Assembly (NCBI GenBank): GCA_024693455.1
Contig: JAILKW010000022.1
Coordinates: 12,318 to 76,317, forward strand
Direction of reading: 5' to 3'
DNA length: 64,000 nt
Origin: Lachnospiraceae bacterium
Lineage (GTDB): Bacteria; Bacillota; Clostridia; Lachnospirales; Lachnospiraceae
Made by a program: the position numbers and the translations under genes. The notes under the pieces are model-generated. The model did no database searches. It saw nothing but the letters and a program-made list of their open reading frames with translations, and was not told the DNA's origin. Below, piece by piece: positions 27,848 to 38,098 of the stretch; position 1 is the first letter of the stretch; each line of letters begins with the position of its first letter.

Positions 27848-29986
27848 TTACTCTACTCCTCTGTTAAAATGTCCCTTTGTTGTTTCAAAAGAAAAATCAG
27901 GCGGTATCCGGTCAACGAAAAACTTATCGGCTGCCAAGGCGGTACTTTCGGCTGTTTCCGCGGTTTCTCCGCAAAAGTCCGCTATATAACCGCAGACTCC
28001 CAGATCGTCAAAATAATCCTTTTCCCCAAATAAGGAAAGAGGAAGACTGTTATATATTGTGTTCATACAAAGCTCACAGTCGTTTTTGACCGGGAAAAAT
28101 TTGCCTTTTCTGTCTTTTAAATTATAAATATGGCTGCATTTATCGCAACCGTTTGTGTTCTTATTGATACACGCAGCCATATACATAAGCGGAATCCTTC
28201 CGTATATGTATTGGATGGTGCTCTTTTCGTATCTGTGGGATCTTTCTTTTTTACTTAGTTCATGAGGTGAAATTAAAGCATTTATTCCAAAACGTTCAAA
28301 TGCTTCTATCGCACGGTCCGAATATGTGTACATTCTCGGGGAAAGTATTATATCGGACTTATTATAATTAAGCTGAAACAGTAATTCCATGCCGTCAAAG
28401 GATCCTGTTATGACTTTGTCATAGTAAGGAAGAAGTTTTTCCAAATTGGTTTTGATCACGGGAAGCTGTTTTTGTCTTATTACAGGCGGAAGCATGAGAA
28501 CTGCCGTTTTGCCGCTTTCTTTTATAGATAAAGCGGCTGATCCGGATCTTACTGCTGCGGAGTATGTTAATCCTATTGCATTAAATCCGACTGCGTTTTT
28601 AAAGGCGACTGCGACATCGGCATCTGAAAAAAGAGCGAGTTTTATATCGCTTATGCCTTTGCCGCCCGGTTTTGTCCCTGAGGTAAAATCATTTATAACA
28701 GGCTTTTTGGGTGAACTTATAAGTAAGGAAAGCCTGCTCAGACATTCTCTTCTCATTGCGTTTAACGATCCCAAAGGAATAAAAAGAGCGTCATCAACTT
28801 CTATATCGGTTTCTGTGCAGCTAAAAAAGGTATTTCCTGTTTTCGTGATCTGTTTTTTTATATCTGATACACCCGTTCCTCTTCCCGTGGCAGGCTCACA
28901 TATATCACCTGTTACAGTGGCACTGATATCTTTATAAGTATAAGTAAGTGAAGGATGGGAATTGGCTCTTGCATAAAAGACGGCCTTTATGGGAAACGAT
29001 TTTGGCTCGACCTTAAACGATCCTTCTTTTATATCAGATGTCATGGATGCTGATCTATAGGAAAACATTGAGCTGTCATTGTGGCTGTAATAATATGCGT
29101 TTGTATGACCACAGCGACTTCCAAGGGCCAAAAGAGCCTTTGTATCTTTGTCCGATACTTTTTGCGCCTTGCCGCTTTCCAAAAACATATCGATATATTT
29201 TCGGTAAAGCCCCACAACGCCGGCTGCATATTCTGCGCTTCTCATACGTCCTTCTATTTTAAGTGAATTTATCCCCGCTTCATAAAGTTTGGCAATATCG
29301 TTAATACCGCACATTTCTTTTGGCGAAAGCATGAACCGGCCGGGAGTATCTTGCTTTTTGCCGTCCAAATAAACGTCTACGGGAAGTCTGCAGGGCTGCG
29401 CACACCGGCCTCTGTTACCGCTTCTTCCGCCAATAAGGCTGCTCATCAGGCAATCTCCGGAATAACATATGCATATAGCACCATGGACAAAGGCCTCAAG
29501 ATTTGCATTGGTCTTGTCTTTTATGGATTTCATTTCTTCAAGTGATAACTCTCTTGGAAGCACTATTCTTTTTGCTCCGAGCTTTGTAAAAAAGGAAACA
29601 CCCATTGAACTTGCAAGCGCGCACTGGGTACTCATATGTATATCGGCTGAGGGAAAATAATCTCTTATGAAGTTAAACACACCGAAATCCTGCACCAAAA
29701 AGGCATCAATGCCCGTTTCAACATAGCTTTTTATGTATTCGTATAAATTTTTTTCGATTTCGAGGTTCTTAAGCAGTGTATTTACGGTAAGATAAGCCTT
29801 TTTCCCAAGAAGATGCGCATATAATACAGCTTTTTTGGCATCCTCAAAGGAAAAATTGGCAGCATAGGCCCTGGCTCCGAATGCTTCTCCGCCGAAATAT
29901 ACGGCATCAGCACCGGCGTCTATCACACCGCGAAATATATCATAGCTTCCTGCAGGAGCCAATAATTCAAATTCATGTTTTTCCAT
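27848..29986 (-). CDS. Peptidase U32 family protein with DUF3656 (RlhA-like RNA hydroxylation protein)
   Basis: ELLAPAG, GADAVY, HGAICICYSGDC, RSGNRGRCAQPCR and SLKIEGRM; long form. Confidence 0.85.
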   Translation of the reverse strand: MEKHEFELLAPAGSYDIFRGVIDAGADAVYFGGEAFGARAYAANFSFEDAKKAVLYAHLLGKKAYLTVNTLLKNLEIEKNLYEYIKSYVETGIDAFLVQDFGVFNFIRDYFPSADIHMSTQCALASSMGVSFFTKLGAKRIVLPRELSLEEMKSIKDKTNANLEAFVHGAICICYSGDCLMSSLIGGRSGNRGRCAQPCRLPVDVYLDGKKQDTPGRFMLSPKEMCGINDIAKLYEAGINSLKIEGRMRSAEYAAGVVGLYRKYIDMFLESGKAQKVSDKDTKALLALGSRCGHTNAYYYSHNDSSMFSYRSASMTSDIKEGSFKVEPKSFPIKAVFYARANSHPSLTYTYKDISATVTGDICEPATGRGTGVSDIKKQITKTGNTFFSCTETDIEVDDALFIPLGSLNAMRRECLSRLSLLISSPKKPVINDFTSGTKPGGKGISDIKLALFSDADVAVAFKNAVGFNAIGLTYSAAVRSGSAALSIKESGKTAVLMLPPVIRQKQLPVIKTNLEKLLPYYDKVITGSFDGMELLFQLNYNKSDIILSPRMYTYSDRAIEAFERFGINALISPHELSKKERSHRYEKSTIQYIYGRIPLMYMAACINKNTNGCDKCSHIYNLKDRKGKFFPVKNDCELCMNTIYNSLPLSLFGEKDYFDDLGVCGYIADFCGETAETAESTALAADKFFVDRIPPDFSFETTKGHFNRGVE

Positions 29987-30024
29987 AAGCTGTTTAACCC
30001 GGCAGTCCGTAGACTGCTTAAAAT

Positions 30025-30046
30025 AAAAAAGGAGGCAAAGCCCCCT
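30025..30046 (-). terminator. Probable intrinsic terminator after zapA
   Basis: Minus strand AGGGGGC-TTT-GCCTCCT followed by TTTTT. Confidence 0.55.
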
Positions 30047-30065
30047 GTAATATTGATAAGATTCT

Positions 30066-30491
30066 TTATACTAAACCGCCTGTTCCAAGCAAGGCATCTT
30101 CAAGTGAGGCTTCAAGCTTGGATTTGTTCTTTTTGAGCTCGTCATTCTCGGCCTTTAGCTGCGCAACCTCACTTTCGAGGTCTTCCACTTTGACGCGGTC
30201 AGTGATAAGCTCATGCTTAAGATCGTAGACTTCTTTGTCTTTGGCCGCAAGATCCGTTTCGTATTTGTCGATCTGATCTTTGGCTTTGAAATAGTCGTCA
30301 GCGATATTAAGCTCTATAAGAATAGACTTCATATCCGAAGTGAGTTTTTTGTAATCTTCTATTTCAGAGTATTCATCTATTTTGGCGTTGATATAAGAAG
30401 CTACTTTTTGAAGATAGTCTTCTTCTTCATAACCGCTTAAACTAAAAACTTTACCGCCTATAATAACCTGTGCTGTTTTTTTGGCAGACAT
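30066..30491 (-). CDS. zapA: Cell division protein ZapA with a coiled-coil extension
   Basis: VIIGGKVFSLSG.EEEDYLQKVASYIN...LNIADDY; GGAGG RBS. Confidence 0.85.
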   Translation of the reverse strand: MSAKKTAQVIIGGKVFSLSGYEEEDYLQKVASYINAKIDEYSEIEDYKKLTSDMKSILIELNIADDYFKAKDQIDKYETDLAAKDKEVYDLKHELITDRVKVEDLESEVAQLKAENDELKKNKSKLEASLEDALLGTGGLV

Positions 30492-30601
30492 TGATTTCCT
30501 CCATTATCCGATAAAGTAAACAAACTTATTGTTATTATAAATTTTATTTAAACTAAAAACAATAGATTTATTTAAAATTATTAAAAAATACCTTAACGGG
30601 T

Positions 30602-31606
30602 TTAGTTCATAATACTTAACTGTTCAAGATGATGTTTTAAAGCGAGTTCGGTTGCAACTCTGCCCTTAGGCGTGCGGTTTATAAAGCCGTTCATTACAAG
30701 ATACGGTTCCGTAACATCTTCTATTGTGCCTGCATCTTCACCGAGGGCCGCTGCCAATGTATCAAGTCCCACAGGTCCGCCTCCAAAATTATCGATTATC
30801 ATGTTTAAAAGAGCACGGTCGCTGCGGTCCAGGCCAAGTTCATCCACGTCAAGAAGCATAAGTCCTTCGGAAACGATATCGGATGTGATCTTACCGTCGT
30901 GTCTGACTTCTGCCAGATCCCTGATCCGTTTAAGAAATCTGTTAGCAAGACGAGGTGTACCTCGGGACCTTTTTGCAAGCTCCATGGCGGCGGACGCATC
31001 GATTTCTACGGACAGTTTTTTTGCGGAACGAAGTATGATATCGGACAACTCTTCCGGTGTGTAATACTCCATATGAAAGATAACGCCGAAGCGGTCACGA
31101 AGCGGTGCTGAAAGAAGGCCGGCCCTTGTGGTTGCTCCGACAAGTGTAAACTTTGGAAGATCGAGTCTGATAGATCTTGCAGACTGTCCTTTTCCTATCA
31201 TAATATCAATGGCATAATCTTCCATTGCCGGATATAAAACTTCTTCTACCTGTCGGTTCAGGCGATGAATCTCATCAACGAAAAGAATATCATTTTCGGA
31301 TAGTCCGCTTAAAAGAGCCGCCATCTCACCCGGTTTTGCTATTGCAGGTCCGGAAGTGATCTTAAGATGCACGTCCATTTCATTAGCGATTATACCTGCA
31401 AGAGTGGTTTTGCCAAGTCCCGGTGGCCCGTAAAAAAGCACATGATCAAGAGGATCTTTTCGTGCTTTTGCGGCTTCTATATAAATTTTCAGACTGTCTT
31501 TTGCGCTTTCCTGCCCTATATATTCGGATAAACTCTGGGGACGGAGTGTTCCTTCCTGATGTTTATCTTCGTTTATCATTTCAGTTGTGATAACTCTTTT
31601 TTCCAT
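30602..31606 (-). CDS. ruvB: Holliday junction branch migration helicase RuvB
   Basis: [27 protein letters not shown] and RGTPRLA. Confidence 0.98.
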   Translation of the reverse strand: MEKRVITTEMINEDKHQEGTLRPQSLSEYIGQESAKDSLKIYIEAAKARKDPLDHVLFYGPPGLGKTTLAGIIANEMDVHLKITSGPAIAKPGEMAALLSGLSENDILFVDEIHRLNRQVEEVLYPAMEDYAIDIMIGKGQSARSIRLDLPKFTLVGATTRAGLLSAPLRDRFGVIFHMEYYTPEELSDIILRSAKKLSVEIDASAAMELAKRSRGTPRLANRFLKRIRDLAEVRHDGKITSDIVSEGLMLLDVDELGLDRSDRALLNMIIDNFGGGPVGLDTLAAALGEDAGTIEDVTEPYLVMNGFINRTPKGRVATELALKHHLEQLSIMN

Positions 31607-31608
31607 AA

Positions 31609-32211
31609 TTATAACGCCAGTTTCTTAAGCGCCTCCCGAAGCAAAATACTGCTGTTCATATCATCTGCATTTTCAACTTTTCGTATGGCACCAAGTGCCT
31701 CTGAAGAAGAATATCCCATTGAGGTAAGAGCCAAAAGAACATCTTCAAAGCTGCTGCTTTCCATATTCGTATCTGAAGCAGGATAATTATCGCTTACACC
31801 GAAACTAAGGTCTACTTTGTCCTTTAATTCGAGAATAATTCTTTTTGCGGCTTTGGGCCCCACACCGTTGGCACGGGTGATGGCTTTTTCATCCTCTCCC
31901 GCGATTGCCAAAGTAAGTTCTTCGGGAGTCATTACAGATAAAATGTTTATTGCTGCTTTAGGACCTACACCGTTAACGGATTGAAGCAGAATAAACATTT
32001 CTTTTTCTTCCTGCGAAAGAAAGCCGTACAGTACCACTCCCGTATTTTCCGATGCGATAAATTCGGTATATATGGTTAATTCACTTCCTTTTGGGGGAAG
32101 TGAACTGACAGTACGTGCCGAAACGGTTATAAGATAACCAATTCCGCCGTTGTCTATTATTATATTGCTTGCCGACTCTCCTGCGAGAGTCCCTTTTATA
32201 TATGCATACAT
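31609..32211 (-). CDS. ruvA: Holliday junction branch migration protein RuvA
   Basis: GGIGY, LYGF and two HhH motifs ([25 protein letters not shown]). Confidence 0.96.
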   Translation of the reverse strand: MYAYIKGTLAGESASNIIIDNGGIGYLITVSARTVSSLPPKGSELTIYTEFIASENTGVVLYGFLSQEEKEMFILLQSVNGVGPKAAINILSVMTPEELTLAIAGEDEKAITRANGVGPKAAKRIILELKDKVDLSFGVSDNYPASDTNMESSSFEDVLLALTSMGYSSSEALGAIRKVENADDMNSSILLREALKKLAL

Positions 32212-32215
32212 TTTT

Positions 32216-32716
32216 TTACCCGTTAGTCAGCAGAACCTTAAGTCGTGTTACAAGACCTTTGGATATTATCCCTATAACTCCGCCGCAGATAAATCCGCTA
32301 AGCAAAAGAACAGGAAGATAATACAAAAGATAAGGAGTACCGAAAAACACTGAAGCTATAAGTATCTGCCCTGTATTATGAGCCATTCCGCCACATATCG
32401 AAACCACCGCAAGATCAAATTTGTCGGTTTTTTTAAGGATAACCATTATGATCACGGAAAACAAAGCGCCTACCAGTGAATATATAATTGAAAAAGCATT
32501 GCCGAAAAAGAATCCGACAATGAGAATTCTTATTATATTAACCAGAATACAATCCTTTACTCCGTATATATAAAGCAAAAGCATTACCATTGCGTTTGCA
32601 AGCCCAAGCTTTAGACCCGGAATTCCGTAAAAAAAAGGTATTAATGTTTCAATATATGACAGGATAAGAGCTGCCGTAAGAAATAATCCCAGAAAAGATA
32701 ATTTTTTTGATTTCAT
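32216..32716 (-). CDS. Gx transporter family protein (heptaprenyl diphosphate synthase component I-like, EetB-like)
   Basis: LSYIE..IP...PGLKLGLAN, YSLVGALFS and GGMAHNTGQ; multi-TM. Confidence 0.85.
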   Translation of the reverse strand: MKSKKLSFLGLFLTAALILSYIETLIPFFYGIPGLKLGLANAMVMLLLYIYGVKDCILVNIIRILIVGFFFGNAFSIIYSLVGALFSVIIMVILKKTDKFDLAVVSICGGMAHNTGQILIASVFFGTPYLLYYLPVLLLSGFICGGVIGIISKGLVTRLKVLLTNG

Positions 32717-33108
32717 TTTGCTACTGCATCCATTTCAGGGGAATGTCCCTTTTTTCGAAGAGAAACAATTATTTTGTGAGGCAAACATACTATGCTCTGT
32801 CCTTCTTTGCTTATTTTGCCCTGTTTCATACACAGTTTATCGGGACAATCAGCTTTTTCCATCCATACTTTACCGTCTTTTATTATTACAAGGTTATGAT
32901 AATTGTTCAAAATGTCCATAATCGCAATATCGTTATCTTCCGAAAGAGGATACTCTTTGATGCTGTCATTGTGTTGTATGACAACAGTATCCGGTGTGTC
33001 TGACCAGAAAAAATTTCTTGCCAGAAAAAAAGCAACGATCAAAAAAATAAGTATGATAAGTATAGTTATATTTGCTCTGTTGTTTTTTATAGTTTGCTTA
33101 AACTTCAC
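32713..33108 (-). CDS. NusG domain II-containing (DUF1312) membrane-anchored protein, EetA-like; start uncertain
   Basis: N-terminal TM helix, then ADCPDKLCMKQGKI and SIVCLPHK; canonical partner of the Gx transporter. GTG 33108 chosen to avoid overlap with miaB. Confidence 0.8.
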   Translation of the reverse strand: MKFKQTIKNNRANITILIILIFLIVAFFLARNFFWSDTPDTVVIQHNDSIKEYPLSEDNDIAIMDILNNYHNLVIIKDGKVWMEKADCPDKLCMKQGKISKEGQSIVCLPHKIIVSLRKKGHSPEMDAVAK

Positions 33109-33109
33109 T

Positions 33110-34537
33110 TTAATTACCGTCAATTCTTGAACCAAGGTAATAAAAGCCCTTGCATTCATCAAGTTTTACAGGAATGGTATGTCCTATATCAGACTTGTTG
33201 CCCGGAAGATGAACAACAAAATTATTTGTAAGTCGTCCCGTCACAAGTCCGTTTTCTTTTTGATTTTCCTCTTCTACCAACACATTCATTATCCGGCCGG
33301 TAAATCTTGCAGTCTGCTCTCTTCCGATCTTTTGAACCGTATCGAGCAGTCTGTCAAACCTGTCATGAACGATCGCTTCAGGTATCTGATCGGGCTTTTC
33401 GGCAGCCGGAGTTTTTGTTCTTTTGGAGTATATAAAGGTAAAGGCCGAATCATAACGAACTCGCTTTACCACATCCATTGTTTCAAGGAAATCTTCTTCG
33501 CTTTCACCCGGATAACCGACTATTATGTCGGTGGTCAGTGAAATATCAGGCATTACATTTCTGATCTTGTCCACAAGAGAAAGATATTTCTCTTTATCGT
33601 AATGTCTGTTCATATCCTGTAACAATCTGCTGCTTCCTGATTGAAGAGGAAGATGAAGATGATCGCATACCTTGTCACATTCGGCCATGGCGTAGATCAG
33701 TTCGTCAGAAAGATCCTTTGGATGCGAGGTCATAAAACGTATGCGCTCGAGACCATCTATTTTATTTATGTCATAAAGAAGCTGAGCAAACGTAGGTTGT
33801 CCGTCCAGAGTTTTCCCGTAGGAGTTGACATTTTGCCCCAAAAGCATTATTTCCTTAACGCCATCGGATGCAAGCTTTTCGATCTCGCGTATTATATCGA
33901 TGGGATATCTGCTTTTTTCACGTCCTCTTACATAAGGAACTATGCAATAACTGCAAAAATTATTGCAGCCGAACATTATATTTACTCCGGATTTGAAGGA
34001 ATATTTTCTCTTTTTCGGAAGCTCTTCCACTATCGCTGTGGAATCATCCCAGGTTTCAACTGTCATTTCATTATTGTTTAAGGCAATAAATAACAGTTCC
34101 GCAAATTTGTATAGGTTATGTGTACCGAAGATAAGATCAACAAAGGGATAGCTTTTTTGTATCTTAGAAACTACTTCTTCTTCCTGCATCATACATCCGC
34201 AAAGAGCGATCTTCATATTGGGGTTTTTCTTCTTATAGCCGTTTAATACCCCGAGCCTTCCGTATACCTTAAGATTTGCATTTTCTCTTACGGTACAGGT
34301 GTTATAAACTACAAGATCAGCCTCTTCGCCTTCTGCTGTTTCGTATCCTGCCTGAAGAAGTATTCCTCTTAATTTTTCGGAATCTCTCGCATTCATCTGG
34401 CAACCGAAGGTGCAGACAAAGGCTGTAGGTTTTCTTTTGAATTCTGAGTAAAAATCATCCACCCATTCTTTTAATTTGCCGATGAAATAATGTTGTCTTT
34501 CGGGCTCTTGATCAGGCGGAGTTACAGTATTGTTCAT
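33110..34537 (-). CDS. miaB: tRNA-2-methylthio-N6-dimethylallyladenosine synthase
   Basis: TFGCQMN, NTCTVRENA, GCNNFCSYCIVPYVRGRE, RFMTSHP and a TRAM domain. Confidence 0.96.
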   Translation of the reverse strand: MNNTVTPPDQEPERQHYFIGKLKEWVDDFYSEFKRKPTAFVCTFGCQMNARDSEKLRGILLQAGYETAEGEEADLVVYNTCTVRENANLKVYGRLGVLNGYKKKNPNMKIALCGCMMQEEEVVSKIQKSYPFVDLIFGTHNLYKFAELLFIALNNNEMTVETWDDSTAIVEELPKKRKYSFKSGVNIMFGCNNFCSYCIVPYVRGREKSRYPIDIIREIEKLASDGVKEIMLLGQNVNSYGKTLDGQPTFAQLLYDINKIDGLERIRFMTSHPKDLSDELIYAMAECDKVCDHLHLPLQSGSSRLLQDMNRHYDKEKYLSLVDKIRNVMPDISLTTDIIVGYPGESEEDFLETMDVVKRVRYDSAFTFIYSKRTKTPAAEKPDQIPEAIVHDRFDRLLDTVQKIGREQTARFTGRIMNVLVEEENQKENGLVTGRLTNNFVVHLPGNKSDIGHTIPVKLDECKGFYYLGSRIDGN

Positions 34538-34547
34538 AATGGTCTCC

Positions 34548-35783
34548 TTATCTTATCTGGCCATTACCGTAGATGATATATTTATAACTCGTAAGAGCCA
34601 AAAGTCCCATAGGACCTCTGGCGTGAAGTTTTTGGGTACTGATGCCTATCTCGGCTCCGAAACCAAATTCAAATCCATCGGTAAATCTTGTTGATGCATT
34701 AACATATACACAGGCTGCATCGATCCCATCCAAAAATTTATTCGCGTTTTCATAAGACTTTGTGATTATGGATTCGGAATGTCCTGTATTATGTTCATTG
34801 ATATGTGCTATTGCTTCTTCTACATTTTTAACTGTTTTGATTGAAAGTTTGTAATCAAGATATTCTGTATAAAAATCATCCTCGGAAGCGGGGCTTGCAT
34901 TTTTGAGTAAGGATATGGCCTTTTCATCAGCGAAAAGGCTGACCTTTTTTAACCTTTCTTCAAGTGCCGGAAGAAATTTGTCAAGGATATTTTCGTGGAC
35001 TACAAGTGATTCTGCTGCATTGCAAACACCGATACGCTGCGTCTTTGCATTTTCAATAATGTCAAGAGCCATATCCATATCTGCACTTTCGTCAACAAAA
35101 ATATGACAGTTACCCGTTCCTGTTTCAATAACCGGAATGTTTGCATTTTCGACAACTGAACGGATAAGACCTGCTCCTCCCCTCGGGATAAGAAGATCCA
35201 CGTATTCTCTTTGCTTCATGAATAAAGCAGCACCCTCATGTGTGGTATCGGTAAGCATCGTACAGATATCCTCTGAAAGTCCGTTTTCGATCAAAACTTT
35301 GTGTATGACATTAACAATAGCAAAATTGGATTCGAAAGCATCTTTTCCTCCGCGAAGTATTGTTACATTGCCGGTTTTGAAACAAAGGGCAAAAACGTCG
35401 GCGGTTACATTGGGTCTTGCTTCATAGATCACACCTATAACGCCCATGGGAACCCGTTTTTGGCCTATCATAAGTCCGTTGGGCCTGCGGCTCATATTGG
35501 ATACTTCACCTATAGGATCGGGAAGCGCCGCAACCTGTCTTATTCCTTCTGCGATACCTTCGATGCGTTTTGCATCAAGCATAAGTCTGTCGAGAAGACC
35601 TTCGGGCAGTCCGTTGGCACGGCCCTTTTCCATGTCTTTTTTGTTGGCTTCTATTATATCCGAAGCCGAAGAAACAAGCTCATTGGCTACGGCGTATAAA
35701 ATATTGTTTTTTTGGTCTGTTGAAAGTGCTGCAGCTTCGTATTTAACGGCTTTGGCTTTTTTACAGGATTCTATTACACTCAT
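34548..35783 (-). CDS. proA: Gamma-glutamyl phosphate reductase
   Basis: [25 protein letters not shown] and [31 protein letters not shown]. Confidence 0.97.
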   Translation of the reverse strand: MSVIESCKKAKAVKYEAAALSTDQKNNILYAVANELVSSASDIIEANKKDMEKGRANGLPEGLLDRLMLDAKRIEGIAEGIRQVAALPDPIGEVSNMSRRPNGLMIGQKRVPMGVIGVIYEARPNVTADVFALCFKTGNVTILRGGKDAFESNFAIVNVIHKVLIENGLSEDICTMLTDTTHEGAALFMKQREYVDLLIPRGGAGLIRSVVENANIPVIETGTGNCHIFVDESADMDMALDIIENAKTQRIGVCNAAESLVVHENILDKFLPALEERLKKVSLFADEKAISLLKNASPASEDDFYTEYLDYKLSIKTVKNVEEAIAHINEHNTGHSESIITKSYENANKFLDGIDAACVYVNASTRFTDGFEFGFGAEIGISTQKLHARGPMGLLALTSYKYIIYGNGQIR

Positions 35784-36349
35784 AATCTTTCCTTTTCATA
35801 AATATTGGTTTCACTGATCAAAATATCCATGGGAATATCCCATTCATTTGCGGGAAGTTCATCCCATATACATTCATTAAAAGCCACTCCGGCTTTTATA
35901 ATGGTTTTACCGGCGTTTGCAAAGAAAAAGCGGTCATAATAGCCTTTACCGAAACCTATCCTGTTAAGATCCTTTCCGAAACAAACGCCCGGAGTTATGC
36001 AAAGTACGGGCCTTTCTGTATCTAAAGGACGGTTTCGGTCTGCCGGTTCCATTACCGAAAAAGCTCCTTTTTTAAAATCGTCCATATCGGTAATTTTGAA
36101 AAACAGGATATCCTGTTTAAGGGTTACCGGGAAGTACAGCTCTTTTCCTGCCTTTAAAAGATCTTTGTAAAGAGGTAATAAAGAGACTTCTCCGGGAAGT
36201 GGATAAAAGCAAAGAAAAACAGAAAAATCATCTGTAAATCTTTTTAGATTATCGGATATACAAAGGCTTTTTTGTAAGATCGCAGAACCTGATAACCCTT
36301 TTCGTATCGAAAGTGCCCGGGATCTGAAAAATGAACTGTCTTTTTCCAT
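35780..36349 (-). CDS. 5-formyltetrahydrofolate cyclo-ligase
   Basis: TPGVCF...[13 protein letters not shown] and WDIPMD motifs. Confidence 0.9.
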   Translation of the reverse strand: MEKDSSFFRSRALSIRKGLSGSAILQKSLCISDNLKRFTDDFSVFLCFYPLPGEVSLLPLYKDLLKAGKELYFPVTLKQDILFFKITDMDDFKKGAFSVMEPADRNRPLDTERPVLCITPGVCFGKDLNRIGFGKGYYDRFFFANAGKTIIKAGVAFNECIWDELPANEWDIPMDILISETNIYEKERL

Positions 36350-36352
36350 ACT

Positions 36353-37180
36353 TTATACCGATAAAAGATCCACGAGATCAAAATATTTGTCATAGTTACT
36401 TTTAAAATGTGTACCGATGAAATCACCTTCAATGATCTTATGAACTATCGTAAGATCTTTCGCATTTGCGATTATCATGTCAGCTCCGCATGCTGTGGCT
36501 ATTTCGGCTGCATAAAGCTTTGTTTTCATACCACCGGTTCCGATGTCACTACCTGTTGAAGAGGATCCCATTGATAAAAGATCTTCGTCTATATGGGGGA
36601 CAAAGGGAATGAACGCAGCATCAGGATCCTTCCTTGGATCTCCGGTATAAAGGCCGTCTATATCCGATAACAGGATCAGAAGATCCGCATCGGTAAGTGC
36701 GGTTACTATTGCGGACAAGGTATCATTATCACCTATTTTTATCTCTGAGGTAGAAACCGTATCATTGGCGTTTACAATGGGGATGATGCCCATTTCAAAC
36801 AATGCTTCAAAAGTGTTTTGGGCATTTTTTCTTGAAACATTATCAAGGACAGTGTTCTTTGTCATAAGAACCTGTCCCACATTTTGCTGGTATTTTGAAA
36901 AAAACTGCTGATAGATTCCCATAAGTGAAGCTTGTCCCACTGATGCAAGCGCCTGTTTCTCCGGAAGCTTGCGTGGCTTTTCGTGATATCCCATTATCTG
37001 CCTTCCGAGAGCGATGGCTCCGGAACTTACAAGGCAAACATCCATGCCACGGTTTCTCAAATTCGATAGTTCCATAGCCAGACGTTCGATTCTAATATAG
37101 TCTATCTTTCCCGTCTTTTTATGGGTGAGAGAATTTGATCCTATTTTAACTACTACTCTTTTCTTTTTTTTGAAATCCAT
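36353..37180 (-). CDS. proB: Glutamate 5-kinase (no PUA domain)
   Basis: VVKIGSNSL, VSSGAIALG, KQALASVGQ, GDNDTLSA and GTGGMKTK. Confidence 0.95.
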   Translation of the reverse strand: MDFKKKKRVVVKIGSNSLTHKKTGKIDYIRIERLAMELSNLRNRGMDVCLVSSGAIALGRQIMGYHEKPRKLPEKQALASVGQASLMGIYQQFFSKYQQNVGQVLMTKNTVLDNVSRKNAQNTFEALFEMGIIPIVNANDTVSTSEIKIGDNDTLSAIVTALTDADLLILLSDIDGLYTGDPRKDPDAAFIPFVPHIDEDLLSMGSSSTGSDIGTGGMKTKLYAAEIATACGADMIIANAKDLTIVHKIIEGDFIGTHFKSNYDKYFDLVDLLSV

Positions 37181-37193
37181 ATCCAATAACCGT

Positions 37194-37231
37194 AAAATTT
37201 GCGCCGCCGGGAAAAAACTCCGGTGACGCAA
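37194..37231 (-). terminator. GC-rich hairpin, possibly a weak terminator, between the hypothetical gene and proB
   Basis: Minus strand TTGCGTCACCGG...CCGGCGGCGCAA followed by ATTTT. Confidence 0.45.
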
Positions 37232-37243
37232 TTTGTAATCTTT

Positions 37244-37981
37244 TTATGAAATGATCAGTTTGACCGGATCATTGTTATCCTTTGCAGCGTTATAATATCT
37301 GGTTCCTATACTGCTCTCACTGTCGCCGTTTATGGAAATATTTTCCTTTTCATTGAGGAAGGAAAACTCTCCGGAACCGTCATCTTCTTTTTTGTTGTTG
37401 GTACCGAAGCGTCCACTATTGTAATCATTTATGTCTTCACGGGCTTTGACAAGTGTGTTGTCTATCTGGGCTTCCACACGTGCTAATTTTTTGGTGAGTT
37501 CCTTTTTCTCTTCTTCGGTCTCAGCGGTCCTAAGATCATCGCGCATCTTGGTACGCAACTGCTCCATATCGGAAAGACGGTCTTTAGCGTTGGAAAGAGA
37601 AACTATAACACCGTTTTCGACTTCGTTATATTTGGCTTCTTCGGCTCTTGCTTCTTCTTCCTTACGCTCCTTGTCTTTTTCCTGCTGTTCTTTATTTATG
37701 TCCGAAGGAGTCTTTGTAACGTCCGGACCCTCATTTGATTGTTTGTGGATGTCATCGGCTTTGCTTTCTGTCAGGTCGTCTTTGACATTTCTAAGCTTTT
37801 CTTCAAGCCTTGTTTTCTCTTTTGATTTTTCGTCCGAACTAAGCTCTTTCTTGGACGAGAGACTTCTTATCTCATTTTCAATATTGCTTTTTTTGCGCTT
37901 AAGGTCTGACGTGGAACTGTTTGTCTTGAAGGACAAAGAGCCTGAAGCCGTAATTACATTTGATGAAGTTATAGCATTCAT
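37244..37981 (-). CDS. Charged coiled-coil hypothetical protein, possibly FlxA-like family
   Basis: AAGGAGG RBS before ATG 37981. The segment SNIENEIRSLSSKKELSSDEKSKEKTRLEEKL resembles FlxA-like proteins (recalled similarity only). Confidence 0.55.
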   Translation of the reverse strand: MNAITSSNVITASGSLSFKTNSSTSDLKRKKSNIENEIRSLSSKKELSSDEKSKEKTRLEEKLRNVKDDLTESKADDIHKQSNEGPDVTKTPSDINKEQQEKDKERKEEEARAEEAKYNEVENGVIVSLSNAKDRLSDMEQLRTKMRDDLRTAETEEEKKELTKKLARVEAQIDNTLVKAREDINDYNSGRFGTNNKKEDDGSGEFSFLNEKENISINGDSESSIGTRYYNAAKDNNDPVKLIIS

Positions 37982-38098
37982 AGCTGACCTCCTTTTCATA
38001 TTCAAAGACGCATCCATGCGTCGGAAAAATGATCAAATCCGTAAAATAATCTCTAAGTTTATAAAAATAGTCATTTTCTTAGCAAGATTATACCACAA

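Noticed and set aside
29987-30065. 6S RNA after zapA (or before the 5-FCL gene)
   Set aside because: The gap is only 79 nt and holds two small hairpins, and the proB/5-FCL gap is 3 nt; both are too short for a ~180-nt 6S RNA.
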